NCBI GenBank assembly: GCA_965277405.1
Contig: OZ255726.1
Span: 1,824,001 to 1,888,000 of the forward strand
DNA from: Gammaproteobacteria bacterium
Lineage (GTDB): Bacteria > Pseudomonadota > Gammaproteobacteria > G965277405
DNA length: 64,000 nt
Direction of reading: 5' to 3'
Position 1 is the first letter of the stretch; each line of letters begins with the position of its first letter. The notes beneath the pieces are model-generated. The model saw nothing but the letters and a program-made list of their open reading frames with translations. It did not search any database and had not been told where the DNA came from. Shown here piece by piece: positions 29,604-39,295 of this stretch. A program made the translations under genes and the position numbers.

Positions 29604-29888
29604 ATGAGGTTACAAATGCCACTGGCAAAACTAAATGAGAAAAGGCAAATAACCGTCCCTATTGAGATATGTAATCAAATACACGCAGACAAAGGCGATA
29701 TTTTTAATTTTGAGGTTGAAGGCGATAAGATCATTATGACGCTGCAAAAATTAGTCCCAGCTACAAAAGAAAATTCTCGCACTAAAGGCGTTGATATATA
29801 TAAATATATAGGTTCAATGAAAGGTACGTTTGGGTCTGTTGAAGAGATAGACGAATATATTCGTAACGAACGCGCTTCATGGGATTAA
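29604..29888 (+). CDS. AbrB/MazE-type antitoxin (VapB-like)
   Basis: AKLNEKRQITVPIEI..KGDIFNFEVEGDKIIM; C-terminus EIDEYIRNERASWD. Confidence 0.85.
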   Translation: MRLQMPLAKLNEKRQITVPIEICNQIHADKGDIFNFEVEGDKIIMTLQKLVPATKENSRTKGVDIYKYIGSMKGTFGSVEEIDEYIRNERASWD

Positions 29889-30328
29889 TTGAAATATTAA
29901 AAGAAAATGATGTTTATTTTGACGCTATTATATTCATCTATTTATTAGATGGCAATGAAGCATACTCTACAGCCCTTGATGATATAAGGAAGCATATAGC
30001 TACTGATCAAGTTAGGGTTTTTAGTTGTAATTTAATCTATACGGAAATACTGCCTTATCATGCAAAGCAAAATAACCAAGGTGCTATTGAACATATAATT
30101 CGCTTTCTGGATAATTTTGATATTGTTAGAATATCTAAAGACATAACAATTCACGCAGGAATTTTACGTGGAGAAACTGGAATGAAAACCCCTGATGCTC
30201 TCCATGTTGCTACAGCTATAAATCAAAGTATAAATCAAAGATGCAGTCTGTTTTTAACAAATAATGCTGGTATTCGTGTACCTAAAAATATGCAACGCAT
30301 TCTATTATCTGATTTTTGCGCTGAATAA
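29879..30328 (+). CDS. PIN-domain (VapC) toxin
   Basis: VYFDAIIFIY, YTEIL and MKTPDALHVATAI motifs; ends LFLTNN, where the usual TND reads TNN. Confidence 0.85.
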   Translation: MGLIEILKENDVYFDAIIFIYLLDGNEAYSTALDDIRKHIATDQVRVFSCNLIYTEILPYHAKQNNQGAIEHIIRFLDNFDIVRISKDITIHAGILRGETGMKTPDALHVATAINQSINQRCSLFLTNNAGIRVPKNMQRILLSDFCAE

Positions 30329-30354
30329 TTGGATAACAATAAAATCATAAAAAA

Positions 30355-30582
30355 AGACCGAGCATAGGTGCATATTTTGACGATGAAGAAAAAGAGATTA
30401 TTGAAGCTATTGAGCGAGATACATACTCTTTTGGCAAAAGTAACTTTAACCCTGAAAGGTTAGAGTTTTTAAGAAAGGTCGCAACAAACACTTTGAAAGA
30501 AAATGGTTTTATTGCTAATAACGCCTAGTTTGACAAAGCGCGTGATTATGGTCAAAAAAAATATATGTCTGACCATGATTAG
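30355..30582 (+). pseudogene. Chimeric antitoxin remnant (CopG-like N-terminus plus ParD C-terminus)
   Basis: AYFDDEEKEIIEAIER..LRKVATNTLK followed by FIANNA*FDKARDYGQKKYMS, paralleling ParD FTVADDAYFDKARDYVKGKYMS. Confidence 0.6.
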
Positions 30583-30836
30583 CAATGACTATTTGCACTA
30601 CGCTGTAAATGCAGAATGTGTAATTGTAAGAACGTGTCAATACGATGGTACGATACACTTAAAAATAATCTGAAAGAGCTTGGAGACGATCAAAGAATTC
30701 ATTTTTGTCTGAGATCGTTTTTTCATTGTTGCTAGCTACTCCACGCGCTTCATCGTCCGCAGTAAAATTATCAATTAACACAACATCATTAGATGTTTGA
30801 CCATCAATCAACATCAAAAAACTGTCTCCAATTTCC

Positions 30837-31042
30837 TTAGCAACGCTACGCTTAATTTATTGGCTAGATAGGGGTTCGAAAATAGCCAAGCTGTAGGCAA
30901 TGAATGGAAAATTGCAAGTTATACAGAAGAAAAGTGACGACGACACGGAGATAAACAATGGAAAATATTGACGCATTGATGTTATCGTGAGCACAATTTG
31001 GTGGAAATATTACCTTAATCAAAGGTTCATTAAGCATTCATT
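30837..31042 (+). repeat. Right arm of the 206-bp inverted repeat
   Basis: Inverted copy of 27024-27229. Confidence 0.93.
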
Positions 31043-31106
31043 AGCTATTGACAAACACGCGGCGGCACAAATTGATTGTATACCACTTGTTTTCGACAGA
31101 TTTTTT

Positions 31107-31556
31107 ATGAGTAAGTATAAAAAAACAGCTGCGACCATCAAACAATTAACCCAGCAGCAATATGCAGTAACCCAGCAAAATGCGACCGAGCAGGCGTTTA
31201 CAGGGGATTATCTTGATAATAAAAAAGCAGGAATATACGTTGATATTGTCAGCGGCGAACCATTATTTGCATCAATTCACAAGTACGATTCAGGGTCTGG
31301 TTGGCCAAGTTTTACTAGGGCAATTGCCGCAGCAAATGTTGTCGAAACAACAGATGCCAGTCTGGGGAAAGTTCGCACAGAAGTTCGTTCAAAACATGGA
31401 GACAGCCACTTAGGTCATGTCTTCGCTGATGGCCCAGCGCGTGATACTGGTTTGCGGTATTGCATTAACTCTGCATCGTTACGCTTTATTGAAAAAGATC
31501 AGCTGGTAGCAGCAGGGTATGCAGATTTTCTGGTTCTTTTCCCAGATAACCAGTAA
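31107..31556 (+). CDS. msrB: Peptide-methionine (R)-S-oxide reductase
   Basis: [28 protein letters not shown] and RYCINSASL motifs. Confidence 0.96.
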   Translation: MSKYKKTAATIKQLTQQQYAVTQQNATEQAFTGDYLDNKKAGIYVDIVSGEPLFASIHKYDSGSGWPSFTRAIAAANVVETTDASLGKVRTEVRSKHGDSHLGHVFADGPARDTGLRYCINSASLRFIEKDQLVAAGYADFLVLFPDNQ

Positions 31557-32059
31557 TGGCTAGGCAACAGGCAATACTTGCAGGCGGCTGTTTTTGGGGA
31601 ATGCAGGAATTATTCCGTATACACGACGGTGTTGAGATCAGCCGTGTTGGCTATACTGGTGGTGATTGGGTCTCACCAACCTATGCAGATGTCAAGCAAG
31701 GTCGTACTGGGCATGCCGAAGCCCTCCAATTGTATTTTGACGATTCTATAATTCAGTACCGCAGTATTTTAGAGCTGTTTTTCCAAATTCACGACCCTAC
31801 AACTATTGACAGCCAAGGCAACGACCGTGGCAGCCAATATCGTTCGGCAATTTTTTATACCAATGATGCCCAGCATGCGACAGCAATACAAACTATTGCT
31901 GATATAGAAACATCAAAATTATGGCCGGGTAAAATTGCTACTCAAGTGCTTGCTGCTGGCGAGTTTTGGCCTGCTGAGCAAGAGCATCAGCATTACTTGC
32001 AACAATACCCGAACGGATATACCTGTCATTTTCTAAGGAAGGATTGGACGCTTTCATAG
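31556..32059 (+). CDS. msrA: Peptide-methionine (S)-S-oxide reductase
   Basis: [26 protein letters not shown] and AEQEHQHYL motifs. Confidence 0.96.
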   Translation: MARQQAILAGGCFWGMQELFRIHDGVEISRVGYTGGDWVSPTYADVKQGRTGHAEALQLYFDDSIIQYRSILELFFQIHDPTTIDSQGNDRGSQYRSAIFYTNDAQHATAIQTIADIETSKLWPGKIATQVLAAGEFWPAEQEHQHYLQQYPNGYTCHFLRKDWTLS

Positions 32060-32171
32060 CAGCAACACTATGATAGTGCAGTTCATGGGGATGATTGTTG
32101 GCAACGTTGGTTGTTTTTAGTGAATATCATCTACAATCTAAATAAGTTTTCTCTACAGACAAGTTGCCTTT

Positions 32172-33329
32172 ATGAAAAGTTCAATTTCAACAACCACTCC
32201 TTTGTATATAGGGTTGATGTCAGGCACTAGCCAAGATGCGGTTGATGCTGTTCTGGTGCAAATAGTCAATGGTAAACCAGAACTGTTAGCCGGGCATAAC
32301 CACATTCTGCCAGATGCGGTGTTAGAATCTCTGAACACCGTTCAGCATCAGTCATTGAGTTTTGAGTGTTTTTACGCTGCAGACATTGCTATGGGGCATG
32401 AGTTTGCAACAGCGGTAGCAACGTTGCTTAAAGAGGCACAGGTTGCACCAACGACGCATAATATTGTTGCCATTGGCAGCCATGGGCAGACCGTCCATCA
32501 TGCTCCAAAATTAAATTTTACTTGCCAAATTGGCGACGCTAACATCATCGCTGCGCGGACTGGAATTAACACGGTATGCGATTTTCGCCGTCGTGATCTT
32601 GCGCAACAAGGTTCTGGCGCACCGCTGGCACCATTGTTGCACCAGCATTTATGGCAAGATAGTACAATGGCTACAGCGATATGCAATATTGGTGGGTTTG
32701 CCAATATCTCCATAATACCGTCAAATTCTAATAATCAACCACTGCTTGGTTTTGATATTGGTCCAGGAAACACTTTGATTGACACATGGATTCTAAGCCA
32801 TTTGGGTCTGCGCTTTGATGAGTCAGGTCAATGGGCTCGACAAGGGTCTATCCAGCCTATATTATTAGATAAACTGTTGAACCACCCTTATTTTGCTATG
32901 GATATTCCCAAAAGCACTGGCAAAGAGTCGTTTAACTCGACTTGGTTGCGCGGCATGCTGAAAGGCAAAGCATACAAACACGAAGACGTGCAAGCGACAC
33001 TCGTCGAACTCACCGCACAGTCGCTAGCGAATGCAATCCAGCGTTGGTTTCCCCAATGCCAGCGCCTGGTAATTTGCGGAGGAGGCAGCTTTAACCTATA
33101 TATGCTCGAACGTATTCGAGCCGTATTGCCAAGCGTCGACGTTTATAACAGTGATCAGGATAATATCTCTGCAAATTATCTCGAGGGCATGTTATTTGCA
33201 TGGCTGGCGTATTGCTATGTTGAAAAAATACCCAGTAACTTAAGGAATATTACTGGCGGCACAACGCATGATGTGCTTGGATGTATGTATATAGGCAATG
33301 CTGGAAAACACCATGACAAGTCCGTTTGA
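32172..33329 (+). CDS. anmK: Anhydro-N-acetylmuramic acid kinase
   Basis: YIGLMSGTS.D.VD, GSHGQTV.H, DFRRRD..GAPLAP, NIGGFAN and PKSTGKE motifs. Confidence 0.94.
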   Translation: MKSSISTTTPLYIGLMSGTSQDAVDAVLVQIVNGKPELLAGHNHILPDAVLESLNTVQHQSLSFECFYAADIAMGHEFATAVATLLKEAQVAPTTHNIVAIGSHGQTVHHAPKLNFTCQIGDANIIAARTGINTVCDFRRRDLAQQGSGAPLAPLLHQHLWQDSTMATAICNIGGFANISIIPSNSNNQPLLGFDIGPGNTLIDTWILSHLGLRFDESGQWARQGSIQPILLDKLLNHPYFAMDIPKSTGKESFNSTWLRGMLKGKAYKHEDVQATLVELTAQSLANAIQRWFPQCQRLVICGGGSFNLYMLERIRAVLPSVDVYNSDQDNISANYLEGMLFAWLAYCYVEKIPSNLRNITGGTTHDVLGCMYIGNAGKHHDKSV

Positions 33330-33801
33330 GCTGCTCCAGCAGCCGATTGCATTTGATGTAGATCAAACCGCACTCGACACGGCATACCAACGTGGTATTC
33401 TTGCTGCACATCCAGATAATTTTTTGCACGACCCACAGCAACAACGCTTCGCCATGCAGACTACGGTAGCATTGAATGACGCGTATAAAATATTAAACAC
33501 CCCTGTTGCACGCGGCAAAGTTGTCCTTGAACATCACTTTGGTGCTTTACCGCAACACCACACCACCCACGACATGGATATTTTGACGAACCAACTCGAA
33601 CTGCGTGAATTTGCCGAAACCAATGACGCGGCAGTCGTGCATCAACGTATCGACGCTGATATAGCCACGGTCACCGAGCGTATTCGTAGTTGTTTTGCAG
33701 CAACACCAATCGAGTGTGCTGCGACCCTAAGCGCACTCGAACATTTGCAGTTTTTAACGCGTTTCCAGCAGCAACTGAATCGATCTACAGAGTTGATATG
33801 A
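33313..33801 (+). CDS. hscB: Fe-S co-chaperone HscB (J-domain)
   Basis: PFELL, HPD and LNDAYKILNTPVARG motifs; upstream of hscA. Confidence 0.85.
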   Translation: MTSPFELLQQPIAFDVDQTALDTAYQRGILAAHPDNFLHDPQQQRFAMQTTVALNDAYKILNTPVARGKVVLEHHFGALPQHHTTHDMDILTNQLELREFAETNDAAVVHQRIDADIATVTERIRSCFAATPIECAATLSALEHLQFLTRFQQQLNRSTELI

Positions 33802-35624
33802 CCCTGTTACAAATTACTGAACCGCCAACACCTGCCACCCAAAAAACAGTTATCGGCATCGATTTCGGTACGACGAATACTGTTGTTGCCGTGGCAAATA
33901 ACCACAATGTCCAAGTGATTGCCGATGCCAAAGGCAGAACATTGATACCATCATTAGTCCATATGGATAACCAAGGCTACCATGTCGGTCATGCTCTGCA
34001 ACAGCACCCAGATGCTGTCTGGTCGGTAAAACGCTATTTAGGACGCAGTTTGAGCGAAATTGCCCACCCGCATCCGCAGGCCCGCGAGCTAGATGGACAT
34101 ATTTATTTTACTGATACCAGCGCCCTCGAGCTTGCCGCACAAATTTTACACAGCGCACGCCAGCAAGCAGAGGAGTATTTAGGAATTCCAGTTGATGCAG
34201 CTGTGGTGACTGTCCCGGCATATTTTGACGATAGCCAACGTCTAGCCGTCAAAGATGCTTGCCGGTTGGCAAAGCTTGAAGTACTACGCTTAATCAACGA
34301 ACCGACCGCAGCAGCGTTAGCGTATACCCGCGACATCCAGCCGCAAGGCAAGGTGTTGGTGTATGATTTTGGCGGCGGTACATTTGATGTCACAATCCTC
34401 AAACGCAGCCAAGGATTATTCCAAGTGTTGGCAACCAATGGCGACACGGCGCTCGGTGGAGATGATATTGATACCAACATCGTTAGGTTGTTGGCAAAGC
34501 AGCATGGTTTGCCCATGGATGATGCAGCGCAATTTAACCAGCTTCGTCTGTGTGCGCGAGTGTTGAAGCAACAGCTATCGACAGCAGCGCAGGCTAGCTG
34601 TGTTTGGAATACGACTACCTTGCGATTATCAACCGAGCAACTGCAGGGCTGCAGTTCTGCGTGTATTACGCGGACGTTGACGCTGGTGCAAGCTGCACTC
34701 AAAGATGCCAAGGTGACCATCGACCAGCTCGATGAAGTTATTTTAGTCGGTGGATCAACGCGGATGCCCAGCGTCGCCCAAGCGGTGACAGATTTTTTTC
34801 ATACACCACCACTTTGCACGCACAATCCAGACCATGTTGTAGCCATCGGCGCGGCGTTACAAGCACAAATGCTGCAAGGCGGTGGCGGTGCGGTGTTGCT
34901 CGACGTCTTGCCGCTGTCGCTTGGAGTAGAAACCATGGGCGGGTTGATGGAAAAAATCATCCAACGTAACACGCCAATTCCTATTCAACGCGCGCAACAA
35001 TTCACCACCTACAAAGACGGACAAACAGCAATGCGTTTGAGCGTGTACCAAGGCGAACGTGAGTTGGTTACAGATTGTCGCAAACTAGGAGTATTTTCAC
35101 TGGGTAATATCCCGCCATTGCCAGCAGGACAAGCTAAGATTGAGGTAGAATTTCGTGTTGATGCCGATGGACTGCTGGTTGTCAGCGCCACCGAGTTGAG
35201 TACAAACACCAGTACCACGCTTGCAGTTCAACCAACGTATGGACTGCGTGAGGAGCAAATTACTAAGATGCTGGCAGCCGCAATCGACCACGCGCAACAC
35301 GATGTCGAACAGCGTCAACTCCGCGAAGCCATTGTCGATGCCGAGTCGATTATTCAGGGCTGCGAAAAAGCAGTAGCAAGCGATGGTGATCTGCTGACCG
35401 ACGATGAGCTAGCCGTCATTCAACCAGCGTTATCTGCTGCGAAAGCGACCATCGATAGCAACGACCGTGCTGCGATTGAGCAAGCCACACAGCATTTAAT
35501 TACCATCACCGACCCATTTGCAGCGGCGCGGATGAATCGGGGCGTGCAGCGCGCGCTGACAGGTCAAACGGTTGACGCAATCGCCGCGCACCACACCACC
35601 CACAGCAAAGAATCCGGTGAATAA
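33798..35624 (+). CDS. hscA: Fe-S chaperone HscA (Hsp70 family)
   Basis: MTLLQITEP, GIDFGTTN, LLDVLPLSLGVETMGG, FTTYKDGQTAM and FAAARMN motifs. Confidence 0.93.
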   Translation: MTLLQITEPPTPATQKTVIGIDFGTTNTVVAVANNHNVQVIADAKGRTLIPSLVHMDNQGYHVGHALQQHPDAVWSVKRYLGRSLSEIAHPHPQARELDGHIYFTDTSALELAAQILHSARQQAEEYLGIPVDAAVVTVPAYFDDSQRLAVKDACRLAKLEVLRLINEPTAAALAYTRDIQPQGKVLVYDFGGGTFDVTILKRSQGLFQVLATNGDTALGGDDIDTNIVRLLAKQHGLPMDDAAQFNQLRLCARVLKQQLSTAAQASCVWNTTTLRLSTEQLQGCSSACITRTLTLVQAALKDAKVTIDQLDEVILVGGSTRMPSVAQAVTDFFHTPPLCTHNPDHVVAIGAALQAQMLQGGGGAVLLDVLPLSLGVETMGGLMEKIIQRNTPIPIQRAQQFTTYKDGQTAMRLSVYQGERELVTDCRKLGVFSLGNIPPLPAGQAKIEVEFRVDADGLLVVSATELSTNTSTTLAVQPTYGLREEQITKMLAAAIDHAQHDVEQRQLREAIVDAESIIQGCEKAVASDGDLLTDDELAVIQPALSAAKATIDSNDRAAIEQATQHLITITDPFAAARMNRGVQRALTGQTVDAIAAHHTTHSKESGE

Positions 35625-35632
35625 GGAACATT

Positions 35633-36217
35633 ATGTATAAAGTTATCCTCGCCTCAGCTTCCCAACACCGCGCTAAACTGATGCGCCGTCTTGGGATTGA
35701 CTTTAGCGTGTATTGTCCCAACATCGACGAATCTGCACTGGAAAATGAACGTGCAGTTGACCTGGTGGAGCGCTTGGCAAAAGCCAAGGCAGCAGCATAT
35801 TTTGTTGCGCACAATATCGACGCAAACACCATCATTATTGCCAGCGACCAAGTTGGCGAACTCGACCATCATATTTTGGGCAAACCCAATGAGCGCGACC
35901 ATGCCATCGCCCAACTCAGCCAAATGCGCGGCAGAGACGTTATGTTTTATACCGCAATGGCAGTCGGCACTCCCGAACACTTACGCGTTTCTATTGATAC
36001 CACGAAAGTGATATTTCGTGATGATCTGACAGATGAAGAAATTGCACGCTACGTGGACAAAGAACAACCATTTTGCTGCTGCGGCAGTTTTCAAGCTGAA
36101 GGACTCGGCATCGCCCTAACAAGCAGCATACAAGCCAACGACCCGTCCAGCCTAGTTGGCCTACCATTGATACAGCTGTGTGCTGACTTACGCGAATTTG
36201 GGATAGTGATACCGTAA
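35633..36217 (+). CDS. Maf-family nucleoside triphosphate pyrophosphatase (YceF-like)
   Basis: ILASAS, IDES, IIASDQV, GKP, EGLGIAL and DPSSLVGLPLI motifs. Confidence 0.9.
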   Translation: MYKVILASASQHRAKLMRRLGIDFSVYCPNIDESALENERAVDLVERLAKAKAAAYFVAHNIDANTIIIASDQVGELDHHILGKPNERDHAIAQLSQMRGRDVMFYTAMAVGTPEHLRVSIDTTKVIFRDDLTDEEIARYVDKEQPFCCCGSFQAEGLGIALTSSIQANDPSSLVGLPLIQLCADLREFGIVIP

Positions 36218-36381
36218 ATATCGCAGATATAATGAAACTTTGATGAAGCGAGTTAATCAGAGATTAACTGATAGCAATATTCTTTTAATTATACGTTGGG
36301 AATATGCTGAAACGCCAACTAAATTCTGAAGTAAGCGTCAATAGGATTTATAAGGATTTATAAAAATGAGGATTTATTAAA

Positions 36382-36798
36382 ATGAGTAAATATGAATTAC
36401 AATCGCAAGTCAAGTATACTTCAACAGCTATACTATGGTGGTTTTTTTTAGGCGCACATTATGCGTATATGGGTAAATGGGGATTGCAGTTTCTGTATTG
36501 GATACATCAAGTGGCTTTTGTTATCTCTTTATGGATCGTTTTATTTATAGCTGGTGCTTCTTTTATCGGGTATTCTTCAGACTCACAGCTGTATTTGATA
36601 CCTCTAGCTCTTATGGCCTGGCCATTTATCGATTTATTTACAATGTCAAGTAAAATTCACAAGCATAATGCGCCTATATTCTTGCAACTTGAAGAATTAG
36701 AAAAGAAAGAAAAAACAGAGGAACATGCTCGCAATATAGCAATGATAGCTGCTGCTACAGGAAACACAGAAACGTCATCAGCAGGAAGCTCTGATTAA
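36382..36798 (+). CDS. TM2-domain membrane protein
   Basis: STAILWWFFLGAHYAYMGKWGLQFLYW..WPFIDLF; last codons GSSD* come from a terminal repeat. Confidence 0.75.
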   Translation: MSKYELQSQVKYTSTAILWWFFLGAHYAYMGKWGLQFLYWIHQVAFVISLWIVLFIAGASFIGYSSDSQLYLIPLALMAWPFIDLFTMSSKIHKHNAPIFLQLEELEKKEKTEEHARNIAMIAAATGNTETSSAGSSD

Positions 36799-37095
36799 TT
36801 CCATGGTGGACTAGCCGCGTCTTGTTTAGATCAAGTTAAATAGGTAACGCAGGAATTCGCTCACAATTGCTTGTTCTATCATTCAGGTAGGCGGTTGTCG
36901 ACAAGCAGCCGCCAGAGTTTATGTTGATATGTATTTGCTGGTGATGCCAATGGCTGTAAACCTGTATGATATTTTGGGTATTATCTCCAGCAGTCGGCGC
37001 AGCGTTTGTTGCTGTGTGTTTAAAAACTGATGGGTTATCTGGAGGAGTTATACCCATTCCCTCGCTGCTGCGATAAGTATGGCAATTTGCCAACT

Positions 37096-38598
37096 TTACA
37101 TAGTCGGCAATACGAACGGGTTGCCGTCAATCACGCCTGTCGGCCAGCGGGCAGTGATTTTTTTGGTGTGGGTATAAAAACGAATACCATCTGGTCCATG
37201 AATGTCTGCGCTGGAAAAAATAGAACGCTTCCAGCCACCGAAGCTGTGGAATGCCATTGGGACAGGAATTGGTACATTTATTCCTACCATGCCGATGTTG
37301 CAGAATTCAGCGAACGTACGCGCGGTGTTGCCATCGCGGGTGAAAATAGCGGTACCGTTGCCAAACTCATGGTTGTTGACCAATTCTAGTGCTGCGTTGA
37401 GCGAGCCGATGCGCACAATGCACAAGGTCGGTCCGAAAATTTCTTCTTTGTAGATGCGCATGTCGGCGGTGACGTTATCAAACAATGTTCCGCCAATAAA
37501 AAAGCCATTATTGTGGATGCCGTCGTTTATTTTGAGCTTGCGTCCATCGACGACAACTGTTGCGCCTTCTTGTTTGCCAATCTCAACGTAGTTGGCGATT
37601 TTTTCGCGGTGTTCTTTGGTGATCACAGGGCCGTAATCTGGGTTGGTGTCTGCGGTGTATCCAGGACCTACCGATAAGTTTGTTACCGTTTTTTCCATGC
37701 GTTTGACCAGCTCATCTGCTATGTCGTGGTGGGCGAGCACGACAGAAATTGCCATGCAACGTTCACCAGCAGAGCCGTATGCTGCGCCAACCAACGCGCT
37801 TTCAACCATGTCAAGGTCAGCATCTGCCATCACCACCATATGATTTTTTGCGCCGCCGAGGGCTTGCACACGTTTGCCTGTTTTGCTCCCTGTTTCATAC
37901 ACATATTGAGCAATTGGCGTCGAGCCAACAAAACTGACTGCTTGGACTGTTGGGCTTGCTAAAATAGCATCAACAGCTTCTTTGTCGCCATTCACAACAT
38001 TGAACACGCCATCTGGCAATCCTGCTTCACTCAGCAACTCTGCTAAAAATAACGGGGTAGAAGGGTCGCGCTCAGATGGTTTTAAAATAAATGAATTTCC
38101 AGCAGCAATCGCCACAGGAAACATCCACATTGGCACCATCGCGGGAAAGTTGAACGGGGTGATTCCAGCAACAACACCAAGCGATTGCACCATGTCGTAG
38201 CAATCAATATTGCTGCCAACATTCAGCGAGTACCCACCTTTGAGCAAATGCGGAATCCCACATACAAACTCAACAACTTCTTTGCCACGGGTAAGTTCAC
38301 CTTGTGCATCGCTCCATACTTTGCCGTGTTCGCGGCTAATCATCGCCACAATTTCATCGTTGTGTTGTTCGAGCAATTGGTTGAACTTAAAAAACACCCG
38401 TGCACGTTTTACCGTAGAGGTCGTCGACCACGGCTGCCACGCTGCACGTGCAGATTGTATGGCATGCTGAACTTCAGCAGCGCTGCTCAACCCCACTTGA
38501 CCAACTTGTTCGCCAAGCGCGGGGTTGAAAATAGGGGCAGTACGCGCACTGGTCGCAGCAACTTTGCGACCATTAACATAATTATAAACTGTATACAT
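37096..38598 (-). CDS. mmsA: Methylmalonate/malonate-semialdehyde dehydrogenase (CoA-acylating)
   Basis: ITPFNFPAMVPMW, KPSERDP, GGAKNH, YGSAGERCMAIS and INVPIPVP motifs. Confidence 0.93.
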   Translation of the reverse strand: MYTVYNYVNGRKVAATSARTAPIFNPALGEQVGQVGLSSAAEVQHAIQSARAAWQPWSTTSTVKRARVFFKFNQLLEQHNDEIVAMISREHGKVWSDAQGELTRGKEVVEFVCGIPHLLKGGYSLNVGSNIDCYDMVQSLGVVAGITPFNFPAMVPMWMFPVAIAAGNSFILKPSERDPSTPLFLAELLSEAGLPDGVFNVVNGDKEAVDAILASPTVQAVSFVGSTPIAQYVYETGSKTGKRVQALGGAKNHMVVMADADLDMVESALVGAAYGSAGERCMAISVVLAHHDIADELVKRMEKTVTNLSVGPGYTADTNPDYGPVITKEHREKIANYVEIGKQEGATVVVDGRKLKINDGIHNNGFFIGGTLFDNVTADMRIYKEEIFGPTLCIVRIGSLNAALELVNNHEFGNGTAIFTRDGNTARTFAEFCNIGMVGINVPIPVPMAFHSFGGWKRSIFSSADIHGPDGIRFYTHTKKITARWPTGVIDGNPFVLPTM

Positions 38599-38747
38599 AC
38601 AATACTCACTGGTAAAATTCATTTTGGCTGCGCACACGCGTAGCGGTTTTAGTATCGTTAAAAATACTCTTTAATCAATATGTTGCAATCGTTAAGCGCA
38701 GAGTAAAAGGTGTAACAGCCGTTGTTTTTTTGCAGACGCTGGGTATT

Positions 38748-38768
38748 ATGATTTCGTAACGTTTTCAA
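38748..38768 (+). promoter_or_regulatory. Putative UmuDAb-type operator
   Basis: ATGA-TTTC-GTAAC-GTTT-TCAA matches TTGA-N4-GTWAC-N4-TCAA at 12 of 13 fixed positions, 20 nt before umuD. Confidence 0.6.
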
Positions 38769-38788
38769 TAATCATCCTGTATCAAGAT

Positions 38789-39295
38789 ATGCGCGGAGGA
38801 AAAAGACCAGGAGCAGGGCGCAAGCTAAAATTTGCGGTGCCGACACAAGTCATGCGTGTTCCTGTAGATAAAATCAGTGATTTACACCGCTTTATTGAAC
38901 AAGGCAGTAGCTGTGCTTTGCCATTGTTTACCGCAAAAGTTTCTGCAGGGTTTCCTTCGCCTGCTGATGATTATATTGATAGCAAACTCGATTTGAATGA
39001 GTATTTAATCCATAACCCAAGCGCTACTTTTTTTGCCCGCGCAAGTGGCGATTCTATGATCGGCGCTGGGATTCATGACGGAGATTTACTCATTGTCGAT
39101 AAGAGTATTCAGCCAATCCATGGGAAGATTGTAATCGCCGTGGTATATGGCGAACTCACAGTGAAAAGGCTGCATATAGATGCTAAAAAAACATTACTGC
39201 TGGCTGAAAACCCTGAATATCCGTCAATTGAGCTTACAGAAGAGCAAGAAGTGCGGATATGGGGGGTGGTGACGAATGTTATTCACCCGTTGTGA
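38789..39295 (+). CDS. umuD: UmuD (S24 peptidase) with UmuDAb-like N-terminal extension
   Basis: VSAGFPSPADDY cleavage site, GDSM (Ser) and TVKRL (Lys); N-terminus RGGKRPGAGRK..PTQVMRVP. Confidence 0.9.
   Translation: MRGGKRPGAGRKLKFAVPTQVMRVPVDKISDLHRFIEQGSSCALPLFTAKVSAGFPSPADDYIDSKLDLNEYLIHNPSATFFARASGDSMIGAGIHDGDLLIVDKSIQPIHGKIVIAVVYGELTVKRLHIDAKKTLLLAENPEYPSIELTEEQEVRIWGVVTNVIHPL

Noticed and set aside
27230-30836. Integron cassette array as an explanation for the TA cluster
   Set aside because: No integrase, no recognisable attC (RYYYAAC...GTTRRRY) sites, and genes are in mixed orientation.
30987-31106. N-terminal extension of msrB in the ORF track (similar extensions for alkA, hscA, pepN and DUF2063)
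   Set aside because: The extensions run through repeats or upstream genes; family homology begins at the downstream ATG.
36836-37093. 85-aa ORF downstream of mmsA
   Set aside because: TTG start, no recognisable motif; not supportable as a gene.
38589-38604. LexA-box-like ctgtatacatacaata near umuD
   Set aside because: Lacks the ACAG half-site at the correct spacing and overlaps the mmsA start, about 190 bp from umuD.
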